Below, in pieces: positions 47,009 through 55,905 of a stretch of 64,000 nt of DNA. The stretch's first letter is position 1; each line of letters starts with the position of its first letter. The notes under the pieces were generated by a model. The model had not been told where the DNA came from, did no database searches, and saw only the letters and a list, made by a program, of their open reading frames with translations. The position numbers and the translations under genes were made by a program. This DNA is from Candidatus Dormibacter sp. (GTDB taxonomy: Bacteria > Chloroflexota > Dormibacteria > Aeolococcales > Aeolococcaceae): contig JBDTJX010000094.1 in NCBI GenBank assembly GCA_039935655.1, positions 5,975-69,974 of the forward strand, written 5' to 3'.

Positions 47009-47076
47009 GGCGGTCTTACGGCGCCCGATCGTGGCGCGACGGAACTCGGCCGGACCGGTGCGATGATGGTCGAAGA

Positions 47077-48078
47077 ATGACCGACCAGATGCCGCCACCC
47101 CCCGCCGGCGCCTATGTGTGGACGCCTGACGGCTACAAGTGGATGCCCGCGGTGGACGCGCCGCCTCCCCCGCCCGCCCCGGCGCCGCTGGTGCCCAGCG
47201 GTCAGGGCTACACGTGGCGGGCGGCCGGCAGCCCCGCTGCGCCGGTGTCGCCGGACTCGATCCACCGCCCGCCGGCGGCCAACCAGCAGCGCCGCGGAGG
47301 ACTGGCCGCTGGCCTGATCGCCGCGGTGATCGGGTTCCTCAAATACGGCCTCGTGCTGCTCAAGTTCGGCAAGCTGGGCGGCACCGCGATCAGCTTCGTG
47401 ATCTCGGTGTTCATCTTCGCCGGGATCTTCGGCTGGCAGTTTGGCATCGGGGCGCTGCTGCTCATCGCCATCCACGAGAGCGGCCACATGATCTTCGCCC
47501 GTGCCGAGGGCCTCAAGGTGTCGGCCCCGATCTTCCTCGGGCCGTTCGGCGCCCTGGTGACCACCAAGGGGTTCCGCGACGCCCGCCAGGAGGCGATCGT
47601 GGCCATTGGTGGCCCCGTGGTGGGCACGATCGCCGCCGGGGTCTGCTACGTCTTCGCGGAGTCACTGCGCGCGGGCAACACCCGGTACCTGTTCCTGGCG
47701 CTGGCCTATTTCGGTTTCCTGGTCAACCTCTTCAACATGATCCCGATGTCGCCACTCGACGGCGGCCGGGTGGCCAGCGCCGTGTCGAAGTGGGCCAACG
47801 TTGCCGGGATCGCCGTGCTCGTGCTGGTGCTCGCCGGCTACTACCTGTCCGGCGCGTACGTCAACCCGTTCCTCGTGCTGATCCTCATCATCGGCGTCTT
47901 CAGCACCGTCGGCCGCTTCCAGCGCGCCAAGCGCGGCCAGGAACCGCCGCCTCTGCCGGCACGAACCCGGGTGGCGATCGGTGTCGCCTATCTCGGTCTG
48001 CTGTTGGTCTGCCTTGTCGGGATGTCGGTCGCGCACAGTGCCCTGCTCAACGCGGGCATCGGGCAGCAGATCGTCTGA
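47077..48078 (+). CDS. site-2 protease family (M50) membrane metalloprotease with a Pro-rich N-terminal region
   Basis: The start is the ATG at 47077. It has HExxH (IHESGHMIF) in a TM helix and a later NLFNMIPMSPLDGG motif. There are multiple TM helices. Confidence 0.8.
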   Translation: MTDQMPPPPAGAYVWTPDGYKWMPAVDAPPPPPAPAPLVPSGQGYTWRAAGSPAAPVSPDSIHRPPAANQQRRGGLAAGLIAAVIGFLKYGLVLLKFGKLGGTAISFVISVFIFAGIFGWQFGIGALLLIAIHESGHMIFARAEGLKVSAPIFLGPFGALVTTKGFRDARQEAIVAIGGPVVGTIAAGVCYVFAESLRAGNTRYLFLALAYFGFLVNLFNMIPMSPLDGGRVASAVSKWANVAGIAVLVLVLAGYYLSGAYVNPFLVLILIIGVFSTVGRFQRAKRGQEPPPLPARTRVAIGVAYLGLLLVCLVGMSVAHSALLNAGIGQQIV

Positions 48079-48085
48079 CGGCTGC

Positions 48086-48901
48086 TCAGGTCGGCGTTGG
48101 CGCCGCCGGTGCGGGCGCCTGACACTGTGGGTAGGGGAACGTCATCGAGTTGTAGACGTCGTTGAAGACCTCGAGGTCGGACGCGGCGCTGTAGTTGTAG
48201 TCAAGGGCCAGCGCGTGCGTGGCGTCCAGCCGGAGGCGGATCTGGGCCAGCAGCGCCAGCGGCCCGGCCGTGCCCGGGGTGGGCGTCACCGGCGCACTCC
48301 CCGTGCGGCTGTACTCATTGAGGTTGCCGGTGACCCCGCAGACGATGACCGTCGTCTGGCCGGAGCCCAGGTACCCGGTGGCCCCGCCCGGGCCGAAGTC
48401 CGAGGTCTTGGCGCCGGTGCGCACCACGAGCGACTGTGGTCCGTTGAGCGGGTGGAACAGCGTGTCCGACGGCTCCTCCGCGAACGTCCACTCCTGCGGG
48501 TACAGGGCGCTGAAGTTGCGCGCGGTCGACTGGTACTGCTGGAACTGGCCGGGGGCGGTGAGCGTCGGGTCGCCCGTGATCCAGCCGGTGACCGTCTGGC
48601 CTTGCACCTTGTACCACCCGCCGTTCTGGTCGGTATGGTCAAGAACCGAGAGGACGACGCCCTGGGCAACGGTGCCGAGGTGGGGGGCGCTCACCATGGG
48701 GGCGCTGTGGATGTTGAGCCCGAGTGTGCTCAGCACGGTGCGAACCCCGGAGGCACCCGAGGCCGACGGCGTGCCACCGGGCGTCCCGCTGACGCCGCCC
48801 GGGCCGGGTGGGTTGGTGGCCACCCCTGTCGGCGCGCTGGGCTCACCGCAGCCGGCCAGGAGGATCCCGGCGAGCGCGCCGACGATCCAGGTTGTGCGCA
48901 T
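48086..48901 (-). CDS. lipoprotein with an SH3b-like domain
   Basis: It has a signal peptide with a lipobox (ILLAGC). The SH3-like segment is LNIHSAPMVSAPHLGTVAQGVVLSVLDHTDQNGGWYKVQGQTVTGWITGD. Confidence 0.7.
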   Translation of the reverse strand: MRTTWIVGALAGILLAGCGEPSAPTGVATNPPGPGGVSGTPGGTPSASGASGVRTVLSTLGLNIHSAPMVSAPHLGTVAQGVVLSVLDHTDQNGGWYKVQGQTVTGWITGDPTLTAPGQFQQYQSTARNFSALYPQEWTFAEEPSDTLFHPLNGPQSLVVRTGAKTSDFGPGGATGYLGSGQTTVIVCGVTGNLNEYSRTGSAPVTPTPGTAGPLALLAQIRLRLDATHALALDYNYSAASDLEVFNDVYNSMTFPYPQCQAPAPAAPTPT

Positions 48902-48927
48902 CGCTCTCGCACGGTAACCCAGGGCGC

Positions 48928-49866
48928 TCACGCGCGGACCAGCACGTCGAGAACCGCCTGCGTCGACGCCGCCAGCGCGTCAAGGTCGTACCCGCCCTCG
49001 AGGATCCACGCGCTCCGCGGCGCCGGCGCCAGCTCGCCCAGCGAGGCGATCCGCTCGGCGACCTGCGCGTAGGTTTCTGTCGCGAGGAGCAGCTCGGCCA
49101 GGGGGTCGTCGCGATGGGCGTCGAACCCGCAGCTGACCACCACGAGCTCGGGCTCGTAGCCGCGCAAGGCGGGCATCACGATGCCGTCGAACTCGGCCAG
49201 CCAGGCCGGCGCTGCCGTGCCCCCAGGCAGCGGCACGTTGACGGTGAGCCCGGGTGCCTCCGGGCCGCCCCGCTCGTCCAGCGCGCCGGTCCCCGGGTAG
49301 AAGGGGAACTGGTGCAGCGAGGTGTAGAGGACGCCGGGATCGTTCCAGTAGGTGTCCTGGCTGCCGTTGCCGTGGTGCACGTCGATGTCCACGATGGCCA
49401 CCCGCCCGATGCCCCGCTCGGCGCGCACATGCTCGATGGCGACCGCAACGCTGTTGTACAGGCAGAAGCCCATCGCCCGGCTGGCGGTGGCATGGTGTCC
49501 GGGCGGCCGGAGGACCGCGAAAGCCGCGTCGCAATCGCCCGCGGCCACCGCGTCCGCCGCCGCCACCGCGCCACCCGCGGAGACGCGCGCGCAGGCGTCT
49601 GAGGAAGGCGTCGCGTACGTGTCGGCGTCGAAGTGGCCACCGCCCGCTGCGCAGAGCGCGGCCACCCGGTCGAGGTGGTCCTGCGTGTGCACGCGCAGCA
49701 GCGCATCGTCGGTGGCCGGTGTGATCGGCAGCCTGGGCAGCGCCGCCAGCCCAGGCACGGACGCCAGCCGAGCGCGGATCGCCTGGACGCGTTCAGGGCG
49801 CTCGGGGTGCCCCGGCAGCAGGTGAGCCACGTGTCGGCCATCCTCGACGATGGCCACCCTGCCCAC
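48928..49866 (-). CDS. histone deacetylase-family (arginase-fold) deacetylase / acetylpolyamine amidohydrolase-like
   Basis: It has PPGHHA, FCLYNSVAVA, DIDVHHGNGSQ and the YPGTG motif. Confidence 0.88.
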   Translation of the reverse strand: MGRVAIVEDGRHVAHLLPGHPERPERVQAIRARLASVPGLAALPRLPITPATDDALLRVHTQDHLDRVAALCAAGGGHFDADTYATPSSDACARVSAGGAVAAADAVAAGDCDAAFAVLRPPGHHATASRAMGFCLYNSVAVAIEHVRAERGIGRVAIVDIDVHHGNGSQDTYWNDPGVLYTSLHQFPFYPGTGALDERGGPEAPGLTVNVPLPGGTAAPAWLAEFDGIVMPALRGYEPELVVVSCGFDAHRDDPLAELLLATETYAQVAERIASLGELAPAPRSAWILEGGYDLDALAASTQAVLDVLVRA

Positions 49867-49872
49867 CGGTGG

Positions 49873-50670
49873 TCAGGCCGCCGCGCGCACCGCCGCGATG
49901 CGGTCGCGCAACTCGCGGGCGGCGAGGCGGGGATCGGCGGCGGCCGAGATGCCGCGGCTGACCGGGAGGACGGCTCCCCCGCCCGCTGCGTCCAGCCCGG
50001 CTCTCACAGCGGCCTCGAGGTTGCCACCCTGCGCGCCGACCCCGGGGAGGAGCAGCGGCGCCGACGGCGCCCGCCGGCGGACATCCGCCACCGCGTCAGG
50101 GGCCGTGGCGCCGACCACGAAGCCGATGGTTCCCCCGGCGGGGTCCCAACCCTGGGCGACGTCGACGATGCGCTGATAGAGGGTGCTGCCGTCGGGCCCC
50201 GCGGGATGGTCGAGGAAGTCACTCGCGCCGGGGTTGCTGGTGCGCGCGACGATGAGGACGCCGCGGCCGGGCCGGGTGAGGAAAGGTGCCACGCTGTCGT
50301 GGCCCAGAAGGGGGTTGACCGTGACAACGTCGGCACCGAGCACGTCGAACAACGCCCGCGCGTATGCCTGCGCGGTGTTGCCCACGTCCCCGCGCTTGGC
50401 GTCGAGGATCAGCAGCCTGTCGGTGGGGATCGCCGAGCGCAGCCGTTCCAGGATCGCGTAGCCGACGCTGCCGTACTGCTCGAAGAAGGCGAGGTTGGGT
50501 TTGACCGCGCAGACGCTGTCCAACGTGGCGTCGAGCAGTGTCCGGCACTCGCGCTCTGCCGCTGCGGCGTCGACGGCGCCGTCAGGATCGAGCCCGAGAC
50601 AGAGGAGCGAGTCGCTTGCTCTGATCGCCTCGGCGAGGCGACTCGCGAACGTCGCCGTCGCCGCTACCAA
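49873..50670 (-). CDS. pyrF: orotidine 5'-phosphate decarboxylase (type 2)
   Basis: It has LCLGLDPD, KPNLAFFEQYG and LDAKRGDVGNTAQAYA. Confidence 0.9.
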   Translation of the reverse strand: MVAATATFASRLAEAIRASDSLLCLGLDPDGAVDAAAAERECRTLLDATLDSVCAVKPNLAFFEQYGSVGYAILERLRSAIPTDRLLILDAKRGDVGNTAQAYARALFDVLGADVVTVNPLLGHDSVAPFLTRPGRGVLIVARTSNPGASDFLDHPAGPDGSTLYQRIVDVAQGWDPAGGTIGFVVGATAPDAVADVRRRAPSAPLLLPGVGAQGGNLEAAVRAGLDAAGGGAVLPVSRGISAAADPRLAARELRDRIAAVRAAA

Positions 50671-50861
50671 GCGTCGCGGCTCGTGCTCGGCTGGATCGCG
50701 CCCTGGTCGGTGCGCGGCGCGTAGGGCAGGTCGATGCGCCCCTGCTCACGGGCAGCGCACCGTGGGCAGATCTGGGCGATGTGGCCATCGAGGATCACCC
50801 CGGCGAGCCGGAAGATCGGCGTCGGGGTGCCGCAGTTGTCGCACGGATCGAGGAGCGGCAT
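50664..50861 (-). CDS. small zinc-ribbon protein (hypothetical)
   Basis: 65 aa with two CxxC pairs (CDNC ... CPRC). It has high GC3. It overlaps the pyrF start by 7 nt. Confidence 0.45.
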   Translation of the reverse strand: MPLLDPCDNCGTPTPIFRLAGVILDGHIAQICPRCAAREQGRIDLPYAPRTDQGAIQPSTSRDAW

Positions 50862-50900
50862 GGTGCGGCCAAGTATGGCAGGCGCCCGGCGGCGTCTCGG

Positions 50901-51878
50901 TCAGCTCGCCGGTGGCGGGAAGATGCTGTCGATCCGTGCCAGCACCTCGGGCGTCAGCTTGTCGAGAGCCACCAGCGCGCCGAGGTTCTCGTGCACCTGC
51001 TCCACCTTGCTGGCGCCGGTGATCACCGTTGAGACATGCGGATTGGCGGCGCACCAGGCGATCGACAGCTGTGCCAGCGTGACCCCGAGCTCGTCCGCCA
51101 CCTGCTTGAGCTCGCGCACGCGCTGGTTGGCCTGCGGGTTGGTCAGCGCCTCCGCCAACCAGCCATAGCCCGGCAGTGTTGCCCGGCTGCCGGCGGGGAT
51201 GCCGTCGAGGTATTTGCCGCTGAGCAGTCCGGACGCCAGCGGGCTCCACGTGGTGAGCCCGAGGCCGACCTCGTCGTACAGCGGCGCGAACTCCACCTCC
51301 ACCTTGTGGCGCTCCGACAGGTTGTACTGCGGCTGCTCCATGAGCGGGCGGTGCAGGTGGTCGCGCTCGGCGACGCGCCAGGCGGTGCGAATCTCGTCTG
51401 CGCTCCACTCGGACGTGCCCCAGTACAGCGCCCGGCCGGACTCGATGATGTCGTGCATCGCCCACACTGTCTCGTCGATCGGCGTCTCCGGGTCGGAGCG
51501 GTGGCAGAAGATGAGGTCGAGGAAGTCCAGGCCGAGACGCTTCAGCGAGCCCTCGACGGCGTGAAGCAGGTACTTGCGGTTCAGCGTGTTCCGCGTGTTG
51601 ACCGAGTCCTCGATGCCCCAGAAGAACTTGCTCGAGATGACGTAGGTGTGGCGCGGCCAGCCGAGCTCCTTGATCGCCTCGCCCATGATCGTCTCGGATT
51701 GCCCCCCGGCGTAGACCTCGGCGTTGTCGAAGAAGTTGATGCCGGCGTCGTACGCGACGGCGAGGGATTCACGGGCGCCATCCCCATGCAGCTGGGGGCC
51801 GAAGCTCACCCACGACCCGAAGGAGAGAACGCTGAGCTGGAGCCCGGAGTGGCCGAGGCGGCGGTACTGCATGTCCAT
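50901..51878 (-). CDS. aldo/keto reductase (Kv-beta-like subfamily)
   Basis: It has [21 protein letters not shown]...[10 protein letters not shown]...[10 protein letters not shown]...YWGTSEW. Confidence 0.9.
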   Translation of the reverse strand: MDMQYRRLGHSGLQLSVLSFGSWVSFGPQLHGDGARESLAVAYDAGINFFDNAEVYAGGQSETIMGEAIKELGWPRHTYVISSKFFWGIEDSVNTRNTLNRKYLLHAVEGSLKRLGLDFLDLIFCHRSDPETPIDETVWAMHDIIESGRALYWGTSEWSADEIRTAWRVAERDHLHRPLMEQPQYNLSERHKVEVEFAPLYDEVGLGLTTWSPLASGLLSGKYLDGIPAGSRATLPGYGWLAEALTNPQANQRVRELKQVADELGVTLAQLSIAWCAANPHVSTVITGASKVEQVHENLGALVALDKLTPEVLARIDSIFPPPAS

Positions 51879-51949
51879 GCGCCGAGGATACGTGGACAGG
51901 CGACGAGTCCGAGGTCCGGCCGTCGCCTGCCCTTAGCGTGCGGTGGGCC

Positions 51950-52324
51950 TCAGTGCTTCGCGTAGTCGCCGAAGCCCGTCCAGTCGATCACCACGGCTGC
52001 CTCGTCCCCGACGATCCAGGCGTCGTGTCCCGGCGGAATGATCATCAGGTCGCCCGGGCCGAACTCCTCCTCGGTACCGTCATTCATGACCACCTTCATC
52101 CGCCCGGAGATGACGTACCCGGCGTGAGCCGCCTCGCAGCTATCCGTTTTGGCGATCGGCTTGACGTGTTCCGACCATTTCCACCCGGGCTCGAAGCGCG
52201 CGCGCCCAACCGGTCCGCCCTCGGTGTTGACAAGCTCGAGCTTGCCCTTGCCCGCCTCGAACGGGCGCGTCTCATCGGGTGTGTCCAGGCTCTTGCGGCT
52301 CATTCGTGTTGCTGTCGTTGCCAT
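51950..52324 (-). CDS. cupin domain protein
   Basis: The start is the ATG at 52324. The cupin motifs are AAHAGYVISGRMKVVMNDGTEEEFGPGDLMIIPPGHDAW. Confidence 0.8.
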   Translation of the reverse strand: MATTATRMSRKSLDTPDETRPFEAGKGKLELVNTEGGPVGRARFEPGWKWSEHVKPIAKTDSCEAAHAGYVISGRMKVVMNDGTEEEFGPGDLMIIPPGHDAWIVGDEAAVVIDWTGFGDYAKH

Positions 52325-52539
52325 GCTGAACCTCGTCTGTGGGCCATGCCGATCGGTGATCGACGGCTGTCGACAATACGCCGCAGCCACGGGCTTTTCC
52401 AGCCCGTTTGGTAGCGCAACTGCAGCCCCCTGCGTGGACCTGTTCCCATCAGCGCGACAGCGCCCGAAGTACGTCGGTATCAGAGGAGTTTCGGCGACGA
52501 CGACCATACAAGAAGGCCCCGAACAGCCTCAGCGATAGG

Positions 52540-53247
52540 TCAACTCGGGGTGCCACTCCCCACGACTCCTCTCACCAGGCCGACAGTGCCGAAATTGAGC
52601 CGCCACAACTGTGCTCGACCCCAGCCCGAGCGCTGGACCAGCTCGAGCAATTGCTCTCCGGTCAGGTAGGTGTCGACGGTGTCGCTGAGGTAGCGGTAGG
52701 CCCCGCGGTCGCCGGCCAGCCATCCCCCGAGCCGGGGCAGGACATGCCGGAGGTACAGCTCATAGGTCGTGCCCGCCGGCCCGCGCGGTGGACGAAGGAA
52801 TTCAAGGACCACCATCCTTCCGCCCGGCCGCACCACGCGTCTCATCTCGGACAGACCTCTCTCCGGCCGGGCCAGGTTGCGCAGCCCGAAAGCGATGGTC
52901 GCGGCGTCGAAGCTGGAGGCCTCGAAGGGCAGGCTGGTGGCATCACCCTGGACCCATTCGATCGCGGGGTGGGCGGCACGCGCGACCGCCAGCATGCGGT
53001 CACTGAAGTCGAGCCCAACCGCTCGGCCGCCGGGTCCAACACGGTTGTTCAGCTCGAGCGTCAACCGTCCGCTCCCGCACGCGATGTCGAGCGCTGCTCC
53101 ACCCACCGGCGGTGCTGCGGCGGCTGCGGCACGGCGTCGCCAGGCGCGGTCTCGACCCAGGGAAAGCACCGTGTTGGCACGGTCGTATCCCGGGGCGATC
53201 CGGTCGAACATCGCGCGAACCTGGCTTGGGTCGCGGGACGCGGTCAT
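52540..53247 (-). CDS. ubiE: demethylmenaquinone / ubiquinone C-methyltransferase (UbiE/MenG)
   Basis: It has VRAMFDRIAPGYDRANTVLSLGRDRAWRR, a SAM motif (LDIACGSG), FGLRN and YRYLSDT. Confidence 0.9.
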   Translation of the reverse strand: MTASRDPSQVRAMFDRIAPGYDRANTVLSLGRDRAWRRRAAAAAAPPVGGAALDIACGSGRLTLELNNRVGPGGRAVGLDFSDRMLAVARAAHPAIEWVQGDATSLPFEASSFDAATIAFGLRNLARPERGLSEMRRVVRPGGRMVVLEFLRPPRGPAGTTYELYLRHVLPRLGGWLAGDRGAYRYLSDTVDTYLTGEQLLELVQRSGWGRAQLWRLNFGTVGLVRGVVGSGTPS

Positions 53248-53285
53248 ACGCTGGGCTTCACGTGCCGATCACCATAATCGTGAGG

Positions 53286-55265
53286 ATGCCAGAGTTGAGC
53301 ACGCCGGTCGGCCTGGGATTGGCCGCCCGGGGCGACGTGGGCGATACGGTCGGCTGGGTCGTGCGCGCCGAGCAGATTGGCCTGGAGTCCGTCTGGGTGC
53401 ACGACAGCTACTTCGAGCGCGACCCGATCAGCTTCCTGGCGCCGATGGCCATGGCCACCAGCCGCATCCGCCTCGGAGCGGGCGCGCTGAACCCCTACAC
53501 GCGCCACCCCTTTGTTGTGGCGTCGACGCTGGCGTCCCTGGACAACCTTGCCGAAGGTCGTCTGTCGCTGGCGCTCGGCAGTGGCCTGCCGTTGCGGCTG
53601 GCGCAGATGAACATCCCGTTCGAGAACGCTCCGGCACGGGTCAGTGAGTCCATCGACCAGATCCGCACCCTGTGGCGCGGCGAGCGATTGGTGCTCAACG
53701 ACAAGGCGCCCCCGCTGGTGCCGATGTTCCCGCCTCCGCGGCGTATCCCCATCTACATCGCGGCGTACACCAAGGCCTACCTCGAACTGGCCGGAGAGAA
53801 GGCAGACGGCTACCTGGCGCGCCCCATGGAGTCCATCCCGGCGTTCGCGCTGATGCGTGACCGCGTGCTCGATTCCGCGCAGCGCCATGGACGCGATGCA
53901 TCGGCCATCGACTTTCGTGGCTACCTGCTGAGCTACATCAGCGATTCGCGGCGCGACGCCCTCAACCGGGCCAAGCGCGAGCCCTTCGTCATCTACATGA
54001 TCTCCATCCTCTCCGACACATCCATGTCACGGGCGGGGTTCCCCCGGGAGTTGCGCGACGAGGTCAATGGGCTGTGGCGCGCCGAGGACTATCACCGCGC
54101 GGCCGAGGCCATCCCTGACGAGCTGCTCGAGGCATTTGTGCTTGTTGGAACAAGGCAGGACGTCGCCGCACGCGCGCACGAATACCACCGCGCCGGCATG
54201 ACTGTTCCGCTTCTTCAGCCGGTCGTTCAGAATGAGGACCAGGTCCTGGCAACGATGGATGCCTGCGTCCTCTACAGCTCGCAGCCGGTCGAACAGTCGT
54301 CGGTGCCGGCGAACGCCGACGCCGTCGCAGTGCGCAGCGGCGGTGCGCATCAGGGTCCGCGCCTGCGTGAGCGGGTGCAGGGCCTCTACGAGATCACCCG
54401 TCCGTTCAGCTTCACCGCCTCGCTGGCACCCGTCGCGCTCGGTGGCGCGTTTGCCTGGACGAAGGGATCGGTGGACGTCGCGCCGTTCGCGGCCGCGCTG
54501 GTTGCCGGTGTCGCCGTGCACGCCGGCACCAACATCATCAATGAGATCTACGACGTCCGTCACGGCATCGACTCGATCACCTCGCCGCGAGCCAGCCACG
54601 CGATCGTGAAGGGGCGTGTCACCGAGAGACAGGCCTTCATCCTTGCCGCGGCGTGCTTCGCCGTCACCATCCTGCTGGGCATCTACCTCATCTCTGTGCG
54701 TGGGCCATGGATGTTGGCGCTGGGCGCATTGGGGGTGATCGGCGGCTACTTCTACACGGCACCTCCCTTTCAGTACAAATACCGAGCGATGGGCGTGCCG
54801 TTGGTCTTCCTGCAGATGGGTGTGTTGATGACCGTGGGGGGGTACTTCGCCGCCAGCGGGCACGTCGATTGGCGCGTGGTGCTTCTCTCCGCACCCGCCG
54901 GTTTGCTGGTGGCGGCGATCCTGCACGGCAACGAATGGCGAGACATCAGCGAGGACGTCCGACTGGGGTTCACCACGCTCTCAGCTGAGGTGGGCAAGCG
55001 AGCCGCTTACGGGACATACGTCGGGTTGGTCCTCGGTGCCTACCTGGTGCTGGCACTGGCCGTCATCGTCGGCGTTGCTCCGAAGCTGACACTGCTCGCG
55101 ATGTTCAGCCTGCCAGCGGCGTGGTGGCTGCTGCGCGCCGCGGAGCGCGGCTACTCAGGCAGCACCGGCGACATCAATACCATCGACCTGATGACTGCGC
55201 GGGTGCACACCGTCTTCAGCAGCCTGTTCCTCTGCGGCATCGCATTCAGCATGTTGGTGAAATGA
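53286..55265 (+). CDS. fusion protein: LLM-class (F420/flavin) oxidoreductase domain + UbiA-family (MenA-like) prenyltransferase domain
   Basis: The start is the ATG at 53286. The N-terminal ~340 aa are LLM-like (GLESVWVHDSYFERDPISFLAPMAMATSRIRLGAGALNPYTRHP). The C-terminal ~290 aa have 8-9 TM helices with NIINEIYDVRHGID and a second Asp-containing loop (WRDISEDVR). It is one uninterrupted ORF. Confidence 0.8.
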   Translation: MPELSTPVGLGLAARGDVGDTVGWVVRAEQIGLESVWVHDSYFERDPISFLAPMAMATSRIRLGAGALNPYTRHPFVVASTLASLDNLAEGRLSLALGSGLPLRLAQMNIPFENAPARVSESIDQIRTLWRGERLVLNDKAPPLVPMFPPPRRIPIYIAAYTKAYLELAGEKADGYLARPMESIPAFALMRDRVLDSAQRHGRDASAIDFRGYLLSYISDSRRDALNRAKREPFVIYMISILSDTSMSRAGFPRELRDEVNGLWRAEDYHRAAEAIPDELLEAFVLVGTRQDVAARAHEYHRAGMTVPLLQPVVQNEDQVLATMDACVLYSSQPVEQSSVPANADAVAVRSGGAHQGPRLRERVQGLYEITRPFSFTASLAPVALGGAFAWTKGSVDVAPFAAALVAGVAVHAGTNIINEIYDVRHGIDSITSPRASHAIVKGRVTERQAFILAAACFAVTILLGIYLISVRGPWMLALGALGVIGGYFYTAPPFQYKYRAMGVPLVFLQMGVLMTVGGYFAASGHVDWRVVLLSAPAGLLVAAILHGNEWRDISEDVRLGFTTLSAEVGKRAAYGTYVGLVLGAYLVLALAVIVGVAPKLTLLAMFSLPAAWWLLRAAERGYSGSTGDINTIDLMTARVHTVFSSLFLCGIAFSMLVK

Positions 55266-55891
55266 GCGAGGAGCAGGTCACCCGCATCGCTGGTCGTGAC
55301 GTGCTCATCGGCCTGGCGGGCGCCGGCGTGATCTGGACAGCGGCCTTCAGGGGAAAGAGTCGTTTCTGGCCCAAGATGGCGGCCGGCATCGGGTCGCTCG
55401 GCGCCTACGCACTCTACGCCAACCCCGACCTGCGCAAGGCCCGCATGCGCCCCACCGATGTGGCTCGGGGCATCGCTTCGGCGGGCGCCCTGTACGGCAT
55501 CTTCCAGGCCGGCGATCGGTTCGCACGAAAGGTGATGCCCAATGGTGGCGCCGAGATCGACGACATCTATCGCAAGCGCGGGCTGGCGCCGGACCGATTC
55601 ATCGCCGCCACTCTTGTGTTGCTCATCGCACCGGGGGAGGAGCTGTTCTGGCGAGGCCTGGTCAACCGCTACCTCGCCCAGCGGCTGGGACCGGTGGCCG
55701 GGAACGCAGCCGGGGCGACGATCTACGGCGCGATCCACCTCGTCTCCGGCAACCTGACCCTCACCGGTGCTGCAGGGGTTGCCGGCGCGTTCTGGAGCCT
55801 CGAGCAGCTCGCACAGGGCCGCATGGCTCCCCTCATCGTTAGTCACATCGCCTGGGACGTCTGGATCTTCCTGGTGCGCCCGACCGCCTGA
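55262..55891 (+). CDS. CPBP-family intramembrane glutamic endopeptidase (CAAX protease-like)
   Basis: The ATG at 55262 overlaps the upstream stop (ATGA). It has the motifs EELFWRG, YGAIH and HIAWD. Confidence 0.8.
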   Translation: MSEEQVTRIAGRDVLIGLAGAGVIWTAAFRGKSRFWPKMAAGIGSLGAYALYANPDLRKARMRPTDVARGIASAGALYGIFQAGDRFARKVMPNGGAEIDDIYRKRGLAPDRFIAATLVLLIAPGEELFWRGLVNRYLAQRLGPVAGNAAGATIYGAIHLVSGNLTLTGAAGVAGAFWSLEQLAQGRMAPLIVSHIAWDVWIFLVRPTA

Positions 55892-55905
55892 TTGCGTCGT
55901 GCCGC

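Noticed and set aside
46178-47098. The upstream 307 codons of the 722-aa minus-strand ORF, which would make the ATP-grasp-like protein much longer. The same question arises for 44928-45284 of the GCS2 ORF and 21799-22599 of the 421-aa ORF.
   Set aside because: These extensions are low-complexity and Arg-rich. They overlap well-supported genes on the other strand (methyltransferase, ATP-grasp-like gene, CtaG-like gene). Internal starts give compact operon junctions.
52389-52407. The hairpin ACGGGC-TTTTCCA-GCCCGT in the 215-nt spacer between ubiE and the cupin gene, as a terminator or riboswitch.
   Set aside because: The stem is short and has no U-tract on the transcribed (minus) strand. I recognise no riboswitch consensus. 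The evidence is insufficient.
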